Shown here: positions 1 to 9,195 of the stretch, piece by piece
Layout: every line of letters begins with the position of its first letter
Position numbering within the stretch: position 1 is the first letter of the stretch
Origin: Cytophagales bacterium
GTDB taxonomy: Bacteria > Bacteroidota > Bacteroidia > Cytophagales > UBA9547
Length of the DNA stretch: 64,000 nt
Reading direction: 5' to 3'
NCBI GenBank assembly: GCA_033765235.1
Contig: JANRIG010000022.1
Span: 133,863-197,862 of the forward strand
Program-made: the position numbers and the translations under genes
The notes under the pieces: model-generated
Seen by the model: the letters and a program-made list of their open reading frames with translations, nothing else
Databases searched by the model: none
What the model was told of the DNA's origin: nothing

Positions 1-2
1 TG

Positions 3-929
3 GTGAATAACTATGACTGGTTCAAAGGCATTGATTTTCTTACATTTTTGCGAGATGTAGGCAAGCATATTACTGTAAACTACATGCTGGCCAAAGACTC
101 GGTACAAAAAAGGATGGAAACAGGGCTGTCATTCACAGAGTTTAGCTACCAGCTGTTGCAAGGCTATGATTTTTATTATTTATACAAAAACAAAAATTGC
201 AAACTCCAACTCGGTGGCTCAGACCAGTGGGGCAATATAGTGACAGGAACAGAACTTATCAGGCGCAAAGCCAATGGCGAAGCATATGCCCTCACTTGCC
301 CTCTCATGACCAAGAGCGACGGGGGCAAATTTGGAAAAACAGAAAGTGGCACCATTTGGCTCGATGCCAATAAAACATCGCCCTACAAATTTTACCAGTT
401 TTGGCTCAATACCGCAGACGAAGATGCCGTGAAATGGATTAAAATATTTTCATTAAGACCAATGAGTGAAATAGAAGATGTGATAAATAAACATGCAAAT
501 GAGCCACATATGAGATGGGTACAAAAAACTATGGCAGAAGAGTTAACTATACGTGTACACAGCCAAGCAGAGTTGCAAAGAGCTATAGAAGCATCTGAAA
601 TACTATTTGGCAAAGGCACTACAGATACTTTGTCGAAACTGGATGAAGACACATTTTTATCTGTATTTGAGGGGGTGCCTCAGATTAATATTACAAAAAA
701 TACTTACAATAGCTGTACCAACGTAACCGACTTGCTCAGTACATTGACAGATAATATAATATTTGCCTCCAAATCAGAAGCCCGCAAAATGATAGAAGGC
801 GGAGGAGTGTCTCTCAATAAGCTAAAGATAGACAGCCCTACCCAAATGCCTGACATGCAGCTGCTGCAAGGCAAATATCTGCTGGTGCAAAAAGGGAAAA
901 AAAATTACACCATTATTAATGTAACCTGA
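3..929 (+). CDS. tyrS: Tyrosine--tRNA ligase, C-terminal ~308 aa (5' end lies outside the window)
   Basis: Contains [12 protein letters not shown] and KFGKTE (KMSKS-type loop) plus a C-terminal S4-like region. The frame is open to the window edge, so the GTG at position 3 is only the ORF caller's start, not the real one. Confidence 0.9.
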   Translation: MNNYDWFKGIDFLTFLRDVGKHITVNYMLAKDSVQKRMETGLSFTEFSYQLLQGYDFYYLYKNKNCKLQLGGSDQWGNIVTGTELIRRKANGEAYALTCPLMTKSDGGKFGKTESGTIWLDANKTSPYKFYQFWLNTADEDAVKWIKIFSLRPMSEIEDVINKHANEPHMRWVQKTMAEELTIRVHSQAELQRAIEASEILFGKGTTDTLSKLDEDTFLSVFEGVPQINITKNTYNSCTNVTDLLSTLTDNIIFASKSEARKMIEGGGVSLNKLKIDSPTQMPDMQLLQGKYLLVQKGKKNYTIINVT

Positions 930-931
930 TA

Positions 932-1522
932 GTGACTTACTATAGATATCTGTATATCTGTGTGATATGCCTCTCTTGCAGCACCAAAGAGTATGTGCCT
1001 AAGCCAAGAGGTTATCACAGAATAGATCTGCCTCCACACAGGTACCAAATGCTTACGGAGCCACACCCATTTACATTTGCATATGCTTTGCATGCACAAG
1101 TGAAGCCACACACCTCTGCATACGCCGAGGAGCATTGGGTAGATGTGTACTACCCTGAGTACAGAGCTACCTTGCAGCTCACTTACAAAGACATTAGCAA
1201 ACAAAATAATAAAAATGACAAACAAAAACTATTGTACGAACTGGTAAATGATGCCTACAAACTCACCTCCAAGCATCAGGTAAAAGCCTATGCCATAGAT
1301 GAAAACGTAATAAAAACACCATCGGGCAAAACAGCAGTAGTGTTTGAGTTGGAAGGTGATGTGCCGAGCCAGTTTCAGTTTTACTGTACAGATACCACAC
1401 ACCATTTTTTGCGCGGAGCATTATACTTTCGTACTGCCGTAAAAAATGACTCACTGGCACCTGTGATAGAATATGTAAAAATAGACATCATGCACTTGCT
1501 CAATACTTTGGAGTGGAAATGA
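932..1522 (+). CDS. gldD: Gliding-motility lipoprotein GldD-like
   Basis: 196 aa with a lipobox-like N-terminus (..CLSC). The [12 protein letters not shown] start and ..HLLNTLEWK end match my recollection of Flavobacterium GldD (~190 aa). GTG start 3 nt after the tyrS stop. Confidence 0.6.
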   Translation: MTYYRYLYICVICLSCSTKEYVPKPRGYHRIDLPPHRYQMLTEPHPFTFAYALHAQVKPHTSAYAEEHWVDVYYPEYRATLQLTYKDISKQNNKNDKQKLLYELVNDAYKLTSKHQVKAYAIDENVIKTPSGKTAVVFELEGDVPSQFQFYCTDTTHHFLRGALYFRTAVKNDSLAPVIEYVKIDIMHLLNTLEWK

Positions 1523-1527
1523 TGCAC

Positions 1528-2814
1528 TTATTGCCCTAATATATGCATTCTGTGAGCATCCAGATTGATGAAAATAAACAGCAATATAGTGAACCCCCAC
1601 AGCGATGAACCTCCATAACTGAAAAATGGCAGTGGAATACCTATTACCGGAAACAGACCTATTGTCATGCCTATATTTACCAAAAAGTGAAAAAACATAA
1701 TGCTCAATACACAATATCCATATACGCGAGCAAACTTAGATTTTTGTCTTTCGGCCATATATAACAATCTTAAAAACAGGGTAATAAATGTACCTATCAG
1801 TACTGTAGAGCCAAGCCACCCCCACTCCTCGCCTATAGTACAAAAAATAAAATCAGTATGCTGCTCGGGTACAAAGTCAAACTTGGTCTGAGTGCCTTCC
1901 AAAAAGCCTTTGCCCAAAAAGCCTCCCGAGCCTATGGCAATCTTGGATTGGGTCACATTCCAACCAAAGCCCAGTGGGTCTGCATCAGGATTTATAAGTG
2001 CTTTGATACGGTTTTGTTGATGTGGCTGCAGTACATTATTCACTATAAAATTTACACTAAATACAAATCCTGAAACAAAAACTGCTATGAAAGTTATTAA
2101 TAATATATTAGCCCACTTTTTTCTAATGGGTTTATAAAATAATATAATGCCCGCTGCCACTACCGCAAATATGCTTACAAGCAGATATTTGTCAATCAGC
2201 AATGTGATAATGAATAAAAATGCACAAATGATGCCAAGCACAATTGGTATGGGATTGAGCCCCTCTCGGTAAAGGACAATGATAAATGCACTGAATACGA
2301 GTGTAGACCCTGTATCGTTTTGCAACAAAATAAGTGTTGCAGGAAGTATGAATAGCAGACTTGCTCTGATTAGAGTATTAATATTTTCTAATTTAATATT
2401 GGGTGCCGATAAATAATTGCTTAAGGCGAGTGCTGTAGCAAATTTGATAAATTCAGACGGCTGTATGCCCAAAGTGCCTATACCCAGCCATGATTTGGAG
2501 CCTGCCACTACCTTGCCTGTGACAAGTACTACCAAAAGCAACCCCAAAAATACCATGTATATAAAATAACTGAATGACTCGAAAAATCTAAAATCTATCA
2601 TGAGAATAAATGCTGCAAGTATCACAGCCATCACTATCCATACCAATTGCTTGCCTGACTTAAGGTCAAAGTCAAATATATTTTGCTGAAGCTCAGGGTC
2701 ATATACTGCTGCAAAAATATTGAGCCACCCCCATATTACCAAAAACATGAAAAGCAATACTGTGACCCAGTCTATTTGAGTAGATGTTCTTAAATATTGA
2801 TTTTGAGTACTCAC
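1528..2814 (-). CDS. rodA: Rod shape-determining SEDS protein RodA (FtsW/RodA/SpoVE family)
   Basis: 428 aa polytopic membrane protein with SEDS motifs (GIQPSEFIKF, LPFFSYGGSS). Lies directly downstream of the PBP2 gene. GTG start. Confidence 0.9.
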   Translation of the reverse strand: MSTQNQYLRTSTQIDWVTVLLFMFLVIWGWLNIFAAVYDPELQQNIFDFDLKSGKQLVWIVMAVILAAFILMIDFRFFESFSYFIYMVFLGLLLVVLVTGKVVAGSKSWLGIGTLGIQPSEFIKFATALALSNYLSAPNIKLENINTLIRASLLFILPATLILLQNDTGSTLVFSAFIIVLYREGLNPIPIVLGIICAFLFIITLLIDKYLLVSIFAVVAAGIILFYKPIRKKWANILLITFIAVFVSGFVFSVNFIVNNVLQPHQQNRIKALINPDADPLGFGWNVTQSKIAIGSGGFLGKGFLEGTQTKFDFVPEQHTDFIFCTIGEEWGWLGSTVLIGTFITLFLRLLYMAERQKSKFARVYGYCVLSIMFFHFLVNIGMTIGLFPVIGIPLPFFSYGGSSLWGFTILLFIFINLDAHRMHILGQ

Positions 2815-2821
2815 TTACAGT

Positions 2822-4657
2822 TCAAGTTTTTTGTTTTGGTTTTGCAGGGTTGCGAATAAAGTCTCGTTCGAGTATATAGTTCTCAATCCAGTTTTTTTCT
2901 AATTTATATTGCAAATATTTTGAAAAAATAAGTCCTGCAATAGGTGCAGCCCATTCGGCACCAAATCCGGAGTTTTCTACCACTACGGCAATTGCAATTT
3001 TAGGATTGTCGCGCGGGGCAAAACCAATGAATACAGAGTGGTCTGCCCCATGAGGATTTTCTACAGTGCCCGTTTTGCCACATGCTATCACCTCACTTGA
3101 CCTTGCTAAAAAGCCTGTGCCGGAGCGCACCACAGCCTCCATGCCGTTTACCATGGTGTTGTAATACTTGCGGTTCACATCATTTTCATTTTTTTGCTTA
3201 TAAATATTGGCTATGGATGAAGTGTCTTTGCCCACAGCTTTGATGATGTGAGGAGCTATGTAATAACCTCTGTTGGCAAGTATACAGGCCACATTGGCCA
3301 TTTGCACGGGTGTAATGCTAAGCTCACCTTGCCCTATGCCCAAGGAGTATATAGTGCTGAATGCCCAGCGGTTTGCCCCATATATTTTGTCATAATATGC
3401 GCTGGATGGCATGATGCCTCGTTTTTCATTGGGCAGGTCTATCCCTGTTTTTTGACCTATACCAAACTTGAGCACGTGTGCACGCCAGTGGTCATAATTG
3501 ATTTTGCAATCGCGAAACATATTGCCTGTTTTATTTTTGCCCAGGATGATGCTGTATACCTTCCAGTAATAAGGGTTGCATGAAAATTGTATAGACGTTC
3601 TGAAGTTTGCCGAGCTGTGTTTGCCATGGCATGGAATAATGTTGCGGGTGCAGGGCAGTGAGGTATTGGTATCTATGAGTTTGTTTTGCAACGCATAGAG
3701 TCCATTTATAGTTTTGAATACTGATCCGGGAGGATACATAGCCATGAGTGCCCTGTTAAAAAGTGGTTTTAAACTGTCGCGAACAAGCATGGCATAGTTT
3801 TTTGAAAAATTTTCGCCTACCATTATATTGGGGTCATAGGTAGGTGCAGATACAAATGCAAGTACCTCTCCGGTAGCAGGCTCTATGGCTACTATGCTGC
3901 CTATTTTGTTTTTCATAAGTTTTTCGGCATAGCGTTGCAAGTCTTGGTCGAGGCTCAGCTTCACATCTCTGCCCGGTATGGAGGCAGTATCATACAATCC
4001 GCTTTTGAATTTGCCTTTTTCTACCCCTCTCACATCTACCATCACATATTTCACCCCTCTTATCCCGCGCAACTCTTTTTCATAATACTCTTCTATGCCG
4101 CTTATGCCTATGTAGTCGCCGGCATTGTAATTGTTTTTTCCTACAAGTTCTATTCTTTCTTTGCTTATTTCGCCCAAGTATCCGAGCACATTGGCACCTG
4201 TAGATGCAGGGTAGGTACGCACTGTGCGAGCTTGTATATAAAACCCCGGAAAGTCTGAAAGCAAATCCTGAATACTTGCAAATTTGATGTCTGACATTTG
4301 CTCAAAAAATACAGATGGCTTGAGGCGTGAATATTTTTTGGCTGCATCAAGCCTTGCATAAAAATCAAAGGTAGTGATTTCTAATTTTTGGCAGAGTATT
4401 TCAACATTTCCTTCTATTTTTAGTTTTTTGGGAATAACCATGAGGTCGAATACAGGTACATTGGCTACCATGATTTGATCATTTCTGTCGCGGATGACAC
4501 CCCTGTAAGGATACTCTATCACACGTTGCACAGCATTATTAGCAGCCTCCAGCTTGTAAGATGAGTCTATGATTTGGATAAAAAATAGTTTACTCAAATA
4601 GACTATTCCTACCAGCACTATTACAAACGAAATAATATTTACTCTAAATTGGTTCAT
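2822..4657 (-). CDS. mrdA: Penicillin-binding protein 2 (class B transpeptidase)
   Basis: N-terminal TM anchor, SxxK active site (PPGSVFK), KTGT box (CGKTGTVE). Paired with rodA. The track start (4666) is TTG; the ATG at 4657 (MNQFRVN..) is the more likely start. Confidence 0.9.
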   Translation of the reverse strand: MNQFRVNIISFVIVLVGIVYLSKLFFIQIIDSSYKLEAANNAVQRVIEYPYRGVIRDRNDQIMVANVPVFDLMVIPKKLKIEGNVEILCQKLEITTFDFYARLDAAKKYSRLKPSVFFEQMSDIKFASIQDLLSDFPGFYIQARTVRTYPASTGANVLGYLGEISKERIELVGKNNYNAGDYIGISGIEEYYEKELRGIRGVKYVMVDVRGVEKGKFKSGLYDTASIPGRDVKLSLDQDLQRYAEKLMKNKIGSIVAIEPATGEVLAFVSAPTYDPNIMVGENFSKNYAMLVRDSLKPLFNRALMAMYPPGSVFKTINGLYALQNKLIDTNTSLPCTRNIIPCHGKHSSANFRTSIQFSCNPYYWKVYSIILGKNKTGNMFRDCKINYDHWRAHVLKFGIGQKTGIDLPNEKRGIMPSSAYYDKIYGANRWAFSTIYSLGIGQGELSITPVQMANVACILANRGYYIAPHIIKAVGKDTSSIANIYKQKNENDVNRKYYNTMVNGMEAVVRSGTGFLARSSEVIACGKTGTVENPHGADHSVFIGFAPRDNPKIAIAVVVENSGFGAEWAAPIAGLIFSKYLQYKLEKNWIENYILERDFIRNPAKPKQKT

Positions 4658-4768
4658 ACTTTGCAAAAGTAGCTATATGTATTTTGCTATGGGTGACTGT
4701 GATGATATTTTTTGAATATTTTGTATTTTTTTTTATAATAATAAGACTGCAATAAATATATTCTTTGG

Positions 4769-5848
4769 CTACGAAATAAGCCATATTTTCCACAATGCGC
4801 ATACTATCATGAGTACGAAGCAGATAGGGGTAAGGTATTTCCAACTTAAGCTCATGAGCTGGTCTATGCGCACACGTGGAAATGTCCATCGTACCCATAC
4901 CTGCAATAACATGATGAAAAAAGATTTTGAAAAAATCCAAAACACACCCCAAGCATATCCTGATGCAGTGCCTGCCACTCCTGTAGTATATTGGCATAGT
5001 TTTATTGATCCTATGTTTACAGCAGGGCTGTGATAACCTCCAAAAAATAGAAATACAGCCAATATGCTGAAAAGTAGCATTTTGCAATATTCTGAAAGAA
5101 AAAACACGGCAAATCTAAAGCCTGAATACTCTGTATGAAACCCACCGACTAACTCAGATTCTGCCTCAGGTATGTCAAAAGGGGCACGGTTGCAATCGGC
5201 TAAAGCAGCTATAAAATATATGATAAATAGCGGTATAAAAAAAGGTGCTTGCAATATATTCCAGTTCAATATACCCCCATAATCATTTATCTGTAAGCCT
5301 TTTATGCCAAAAAGATAGTTTGGCAATGATGCATACATGCTTTGAGCATTTGCAATGTGATCAAGGTTGAGCGAGCCGTGCCACATCACCGCTACCAATA
5401 CGCACAAACCTATGGGCACTTCATATGATATCACCTGTGCGGCGGTGCGCATGGCACCTATGAGCGCATATTTGCTATTGGAGCTCCAGCCTGCCAGTAA
5501 TATACCTACTACATCCAATGCCAAAATGCCCAATATAAAAAAAATGGCAGATGCTGAATAGGCAGCAGGGTATGACATGGCGAGAGGTACAAAGGCAAAT
5601 GATGCTAATACTGATAAAAATATAATATAAGGTGCCATTTTGAACAATGCTTTATCGGCCTGAAGGGGCACTATATCTTCTTTTTGTAGTAGTTTGAGCA
5701 AGTCTGCCACAGGCTGTAGAGTGCCCCAAATACCTACATGAGTAGGTCCTAATCTGTCTTGCATGAATGAGGCCATTTTGCGCTCAAAATAAAAAATGAC
5801 TAACACGGTAGCAAGCAAAAGAGGCAGAGCAACTACGAATGCTATCAC
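4769..5848 (-). CDS. nuoH: NADH-quinone oxidoreductase subunit H (complex-I type), not inside a nuo operon
   Basis: 359 aa. FERKMASFMQDRLGPTHVG, AGWSSNSKYALIGAMRTAAQVISYEV and PFDIPEAESELVGGFHTEYSG align along the full length with canonical NuoH/ND1. GTG start 4 nt after the upstream lipoprotein gene's stop. Confidence 0.85.
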   Translation of the reverse strand: MIAFVVALPLLLATVLVIFYFERKMASFMQDRLGPTHVGIWGTLQPVADLLKLLQKEDIVPLQADKALFKMAPYIIFLSVLASFAFVPLAMSYPAAYSASAIFFILGILALDVVGILLAGWSSNSKYALIGAMRTAAQVISYEVPIGLCVLVAVMWHGSLNLDHIANAQSMYASLPNYLFGIKGLQINDYGGILNWNILQAPFFIPLFIIYFIAALADCNRAPFDIPEAESELVGGFHTEYSGFRFAVFFLSEYCKMLLFSILAVFLFFGGYHSPAVNIGSIKLCQYTTGVAGTASGYAWGVFWIFSKSFFIMLLQVWVRWTFPRVRIDQLMSLSWKYLTPICFVLMIVCALWKIWLIS

Positions 5849-5852
5849 AGTA

Positions 5853-6608
5853 TCAGTCAGTTAGGTCATCTACGAAATATCTCAGTATGGAGTTGTCCAT
5901 CATTTGCCTGTCTGCCAGTACTTCTTCTATAGGGGTGCGAAAAAAATATTCTACACCTGCAGCATCGGTCAGGTAAAAGGTATATTCCTCTGAGGTAGTG
6001 CCATCGGGTTTGTACAATTTTTCTTTTCTGGCAAATTTCCTGTTTTCAAGGCTGCTTATTGCTGAGTCTAAGCCTTTGTTGCGCAGCTCTTTAAACATTA
6101 CTCTACATATATTTTTATTGTTTCCGGTCTCACTATATTCGGAGGGTATGAATAGGTTTATAGAGTGTACTTTATAGGTCTTTGTACCTGATACTACATC
6201 AAGAAATATGCTGTCATTGAGCTCTACTCCCATAAGTTTGGGGTTGAATAAATCTGCTTCATCTATATTATTGGTATCTGTTACAGCAAGCAGGTTTTGA
6301 CTTAGCATAGATAGGCATATTTGTTTGTATGATAGGGCACGGCCGGTGTCATTAATAGCTCTGATGCTACCTTTTTTTATTTGGTTAAATACACTTTCGG
6401 GAAATTTTTCAAATTCTTCATTTCCTTTCACCACCACCATTTTGCCGGGGTTTAGTGAGTCATTGAAGTCTATCTCATGCACCCTTAAAAACCATGAACC
6501 TCTGAATTTGAGAGGCTTGGCAAGTTTTTTATTTTCAGGAGGGTTGCAACTAAGTATAGTAGCAATAATGGCAATGATGCAAATGCAAGAGGGGATATTC
6601 ATATTCAT
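5853..6608 (-). CDS. Hypothetical lipoprotein
   Basis: N-terminus MNMNIPSCICIIAIIATILSC with a lipobox-like Cys. No family recognised. The track start (6620) is TTG; the ATG at 6608 is preferred. Confidence 0.5.
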   Translation of the reverse strand: MNMNIPSCICIIAIIATILSCNPPENKKLAKPLKFRGSWFLRVHEIDFNDSLNPGKMVVVKGNEEFEKFPESVFNQIKKGSIRAINDTGRALSYKQICLSMLSQNLLAVTDTNNIDEADLFNPKLMGVELNDSIFLDVVSGTKTYKVHSINLFIPSEYSETGNNKNICRVMFKELRNKGLDSAISSLENRKFARKEKLYKPDGTTSEEYTFYLTDAAGVEYFFRTPIEEVLADRQMMDNSILRYFVDDLTD

Positions 6609-6771
6609 ATTCAAATACAAGATACTTATAAATTATTCTGCCAATATAGTATTTTTTTATATATGTAGTATTATCCGCTATTAAGAATAATGTGTTAATG
6701 AAGTTTAGATAAGCGTTTTTTCTTTGTCATGCTCAACAGGGTTTTCATACCATGTTATTTTCAATATCACA

Positions 6772-6803
6772 TTTCAACAATTGTTATCGCTGACTTGTTG
6801 AAA
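6772..6803 (-). terminator. Hairpin downstream of the hydrogenase-like operon (9-bp stem, tttcaacaa/ttgttgaaa)
   Basis: Perfect 9-bp inverted repeat with a 14-nt loop, 30 nt past the stop at 6833. No clear U-tract. Confidence 0.3.
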
Positions 6804-6832
6804 AGCGGCAGTACTTATTAATAGCAAATGAG

Positions 6833-7621
6833 CTACATGCCGGAGAGTAGCTTATTCTTTTTTTTGATGAGATCAAGTACGCCGTTTATGAAGGTGAGAG
6901 GGTGAGGCGGATTGCCGGGTACAAATAAATCTATAGAGTATTTATTGATAAAATCTCTTCTTAGTGCAGCACTTCCTGCAAATATACCTCCGCTTATGGC
7001 ATCTGTACCTGCCAAAATAATGATTTTGGGTGCGGGCACAGCATCAAAGCAAATCTGTAAGGCTTCCTCCATATTGGCTGTGACAGGTCCACTGATGACT
7101 ATACCATCTGCATGGCGCGGCGAGGCCACAAAAGATATGCCGTAGCGGCCCATGTCAAAGTTTACATTGCTGCAAGCATTGAGTTCCCACTCAGTACTGT
7201 TGTCGCCTCCGGCAGATATTTGCCTGAGCCTGAGTGAGTGGCCAAATATTTTTCTTATTTCTTTTCTTACCACATTATCGTCTATTTGTATAGTTGCATT
7301 ATCACTTGCATTTATTATGAGGTTGTTACGGTTATTGGTTGCTATTTTATAATCGTTGGTGAAGTGTATTTTCTTTTCGCCAAGCATGCGTTCACACTCC
7401 TTGCAAAACACACATTTGCCCAAATCTATACTTATGGGTGTGTCTGATATAGCACTTGTAGGGCATAGCTTGGCTACTGCTTTTGCTTCATCGTCAGTTA
7501 TGGTGTTTGATATGACAGGTCTGCCCATGGCATAGGTATCGGGCAGCACCGGTTTGGTGATGTCGGGTATGTATTGCTTACCTTGATGCTTTATGATTTG
7601 GTATGTATCTAAGAAAAACAT
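6833..7621 (-). CDS. NuoB/HycG-like small subunit lacking all four [4Fe-4S] Cys ligands, fused to an N-terminal half-ferredoxin
   Basis: SPRHADGIVISGPVT and the overall NuoB fold motifs are present. The canonical CxxCE, GTCA.SGG and PGCPP motifs read GDNSTEWE, GTDAISGG and PGNPP. The N-terminal extension carries CP-x16-CxxCxxC. Confidence 0.8.
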   Translation of the reverse strand: MFFLDTYQIIKHQGKQYIPDITKPVLPDTYAMGRPVISNTITDDEAKAVAKLCPTSAISDTPISIDLGKCVFCKECERMLGEKKIHFTNDYKIATNNRNNLIINASDNATIQIDDNVVRKEIRKIFGHSLRLRQISAGGDNSTEWELNACSNVNFDMGRYGISFVASPRHADGIVISGPVTANMEEALQICFDAVPAPKIIILAGTDAISGGIFAGSAALRRDFINKYSIDLFVPGNPPHPLTFINGVLDLIKKKNKLLSGM

Positions 7622-7671
7622 GGTTATTCAAATATAAAATATTTCATGGTATAATTATTTATCATTAAGGT

Positions 7672-9195
7672 CTATAAATCATGCCCGCAGTAGCTGAGGT
7701 CAAAGCTTTTGTTGCACACCGGGAAGTCTGATATTTCATTGTTTCTCAATGCTATGGCAAGTGCAATCCAGTTGTTGAAAGAGGCATCTTTTATCTTGTA
7801 TTGTAATATTTCGCCGGTGGTGCCTGTGATTATTGCATGCATGGTTTCGCCACGCCAACTTTCGGTGAGTGATACTACAAGTTTATTCGCAGGCAAGGTG
7901 TAGCCAAATATATTGTCGCGGTATTTGTCAAAATTGTCTGTACTGGCTTCGAGGGCAGAAATTAATGTGTAAATATATTTTATAGAATTTCTTATCTCCA
8001 AGTCTCTTATTTTGCTTCTTGCATAAGTGTCTCCGTCTTCTAATATGGCTTTGTCGGGTTTTGAGGTTAGGTAATATTGGTAGCTGTGTGTGAGGCGTAT
8101 ATCTCTATTTATGTCCATGGTGCGTGCTATCATGCCTGTAGCACCTGTGAGCAAGCCTTGTTCAGTGGTCACTATCCCTGTTTTCTGAAGTCTGTTTAGC
8201 ACATTGGGCTGGCTAAATGTCTTGTCTGATATTTCCACATATTTTTTTTCAAATACTTGAAGCACATTTTTGAGGTTGCTGAGTAGTGCAGTAGTAAGTG
8301 GATATGGCTCATAACCTACTCTGAGCAAGCCTTTGGCAAATCTGTTGCCGCACCATGATTGAATGTAGTTGATAATGGGTGTACGCAGTGCACCAAATAC
8401 TGCACTACCCAATTGGTATGCAATATCAGTACATATACCACTAAGGTCGCCCACATGTACTGCTATGCGCTCCAGCTCTGAGGCTATGGTGCGTGAGATT
8501 TGTATTCTATTAGTAGGTATATATCCTATTATACTTTCTACAGCCATGATGTGCGCCAAGGCATGTGCCACTACCGCATCGCCTGCTACAGACTCTGCAA
8601 GTATCATGCGCTGGAGTGGGTGCAGCTTATCTATGAATAGACTTTCTACCCCTCTGTGTTGGTATCCGAGTTGTATTTCCAGATGTTTCACATTTTCGCC
8701 AACGCATACAAATCTAAAATGCCCCGGCTCAATGACGCCTGCATGTATAGGTCCTACACCTACCTCGTGTACTTCATCGCCGGATATGGTAAAAAACGGG
8801 TAGTTGAAAATTTCATGAAGTTTATTTTTTCTGTTATGAGGGTATCTTACAGGTTTGAGCCACGGATGATCAATGAAATCTATGCCATAGTTTTCACAAA
8901 TTTCGCGCTCATACATAGCAATAGACGGAATATCAGGCACCAATGAATGTATAGCCTTAAAAAATTGTAAATACAACTCATGAGCTGTTACATATAGTAG
9001 ACAGGTCTTGTCATGAGCTATGATGATGATAAACCTGAGCACCCCTTGGTGCTTGTAGGCATGATAGGATATGATGTGGGCTTGAGTATCTTTTAAAAGT
9101 ACAATAACAGTATCACAAAAATCTTCATATCTAAGCACAGGCACATCATGTATATCTACCGGCTCTGCATTGGATATTTGAATATATTTTTTCAT
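7672..9195 (-). CDS. Fused NuoC/NuoD (HycE/HyfG-like) large subunit lacking the [NiFe] Cys ligands
   Basis: VGPIHAGVIEPGHFRF and LGYQHRGVE motifs. The L1 position reads ESVAGDAVVAH (Cys to Ala twice). The C-terminal L2 position reads DLSYCGHDL instead of D[PL]CxxCx[DE][RL]. The ATG at 9195 gives an ATGA overlap with the upstream gene; the track's 9276 start would overlap it by 85 nt. Confidence 0.8.
   Translation of the reverse strand: MKKYIQISNAEPVDIHDVPVLRYEDFCDTVIVLLKDTQAHIISYHAYKHQGVLRFIIIIAHDKTCLLYVTAHELYLQFFKAIHSLVPDIPSIAMYEREICENYGIDFIDHPWLKPVRYPHNRKNKLHEIFNYPFFTISGDEVHEVGVGPIHAGVIEPGHFRFVCVGENVKHLEIQLGYQHRGVESLFIDKLHPLQRMILAESVAGDAVVAHALAHIMAVESIIGYIPTNRIQISRTIASELERIAVHVGDLSGICTDIAYQLGSAVFGALRTPIINYIQSWCGNRFAKGLLRVGYEPYPLTTALLSNLKNVLQVFEKKYVEISDKTFSQPNVLNRLQKTGIVTTEQGLLTGATGMIARTMDINRDIRLTHSYQYYLTSKPDKAILEDGDTYARSKIRDLEIRNSIKYIYTLISALEASTDNFDKYRDNIFGYTLPANKLVVSLTESWRGETMHAIITGTTGEILQYKIKDASFNNWIALAIALRNNEISDFPVCNKSFDLSYCGHDL

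Noticed and set aside
4644-5087. 147-aa minus-strand ORF overlapping the 3' end of nuoH, and the plus-strand ORFs 4809-5033 and 5367-5561.
   Set aside because: They lie inside or overlap the well-conserved nuoH frame and have no motifs.
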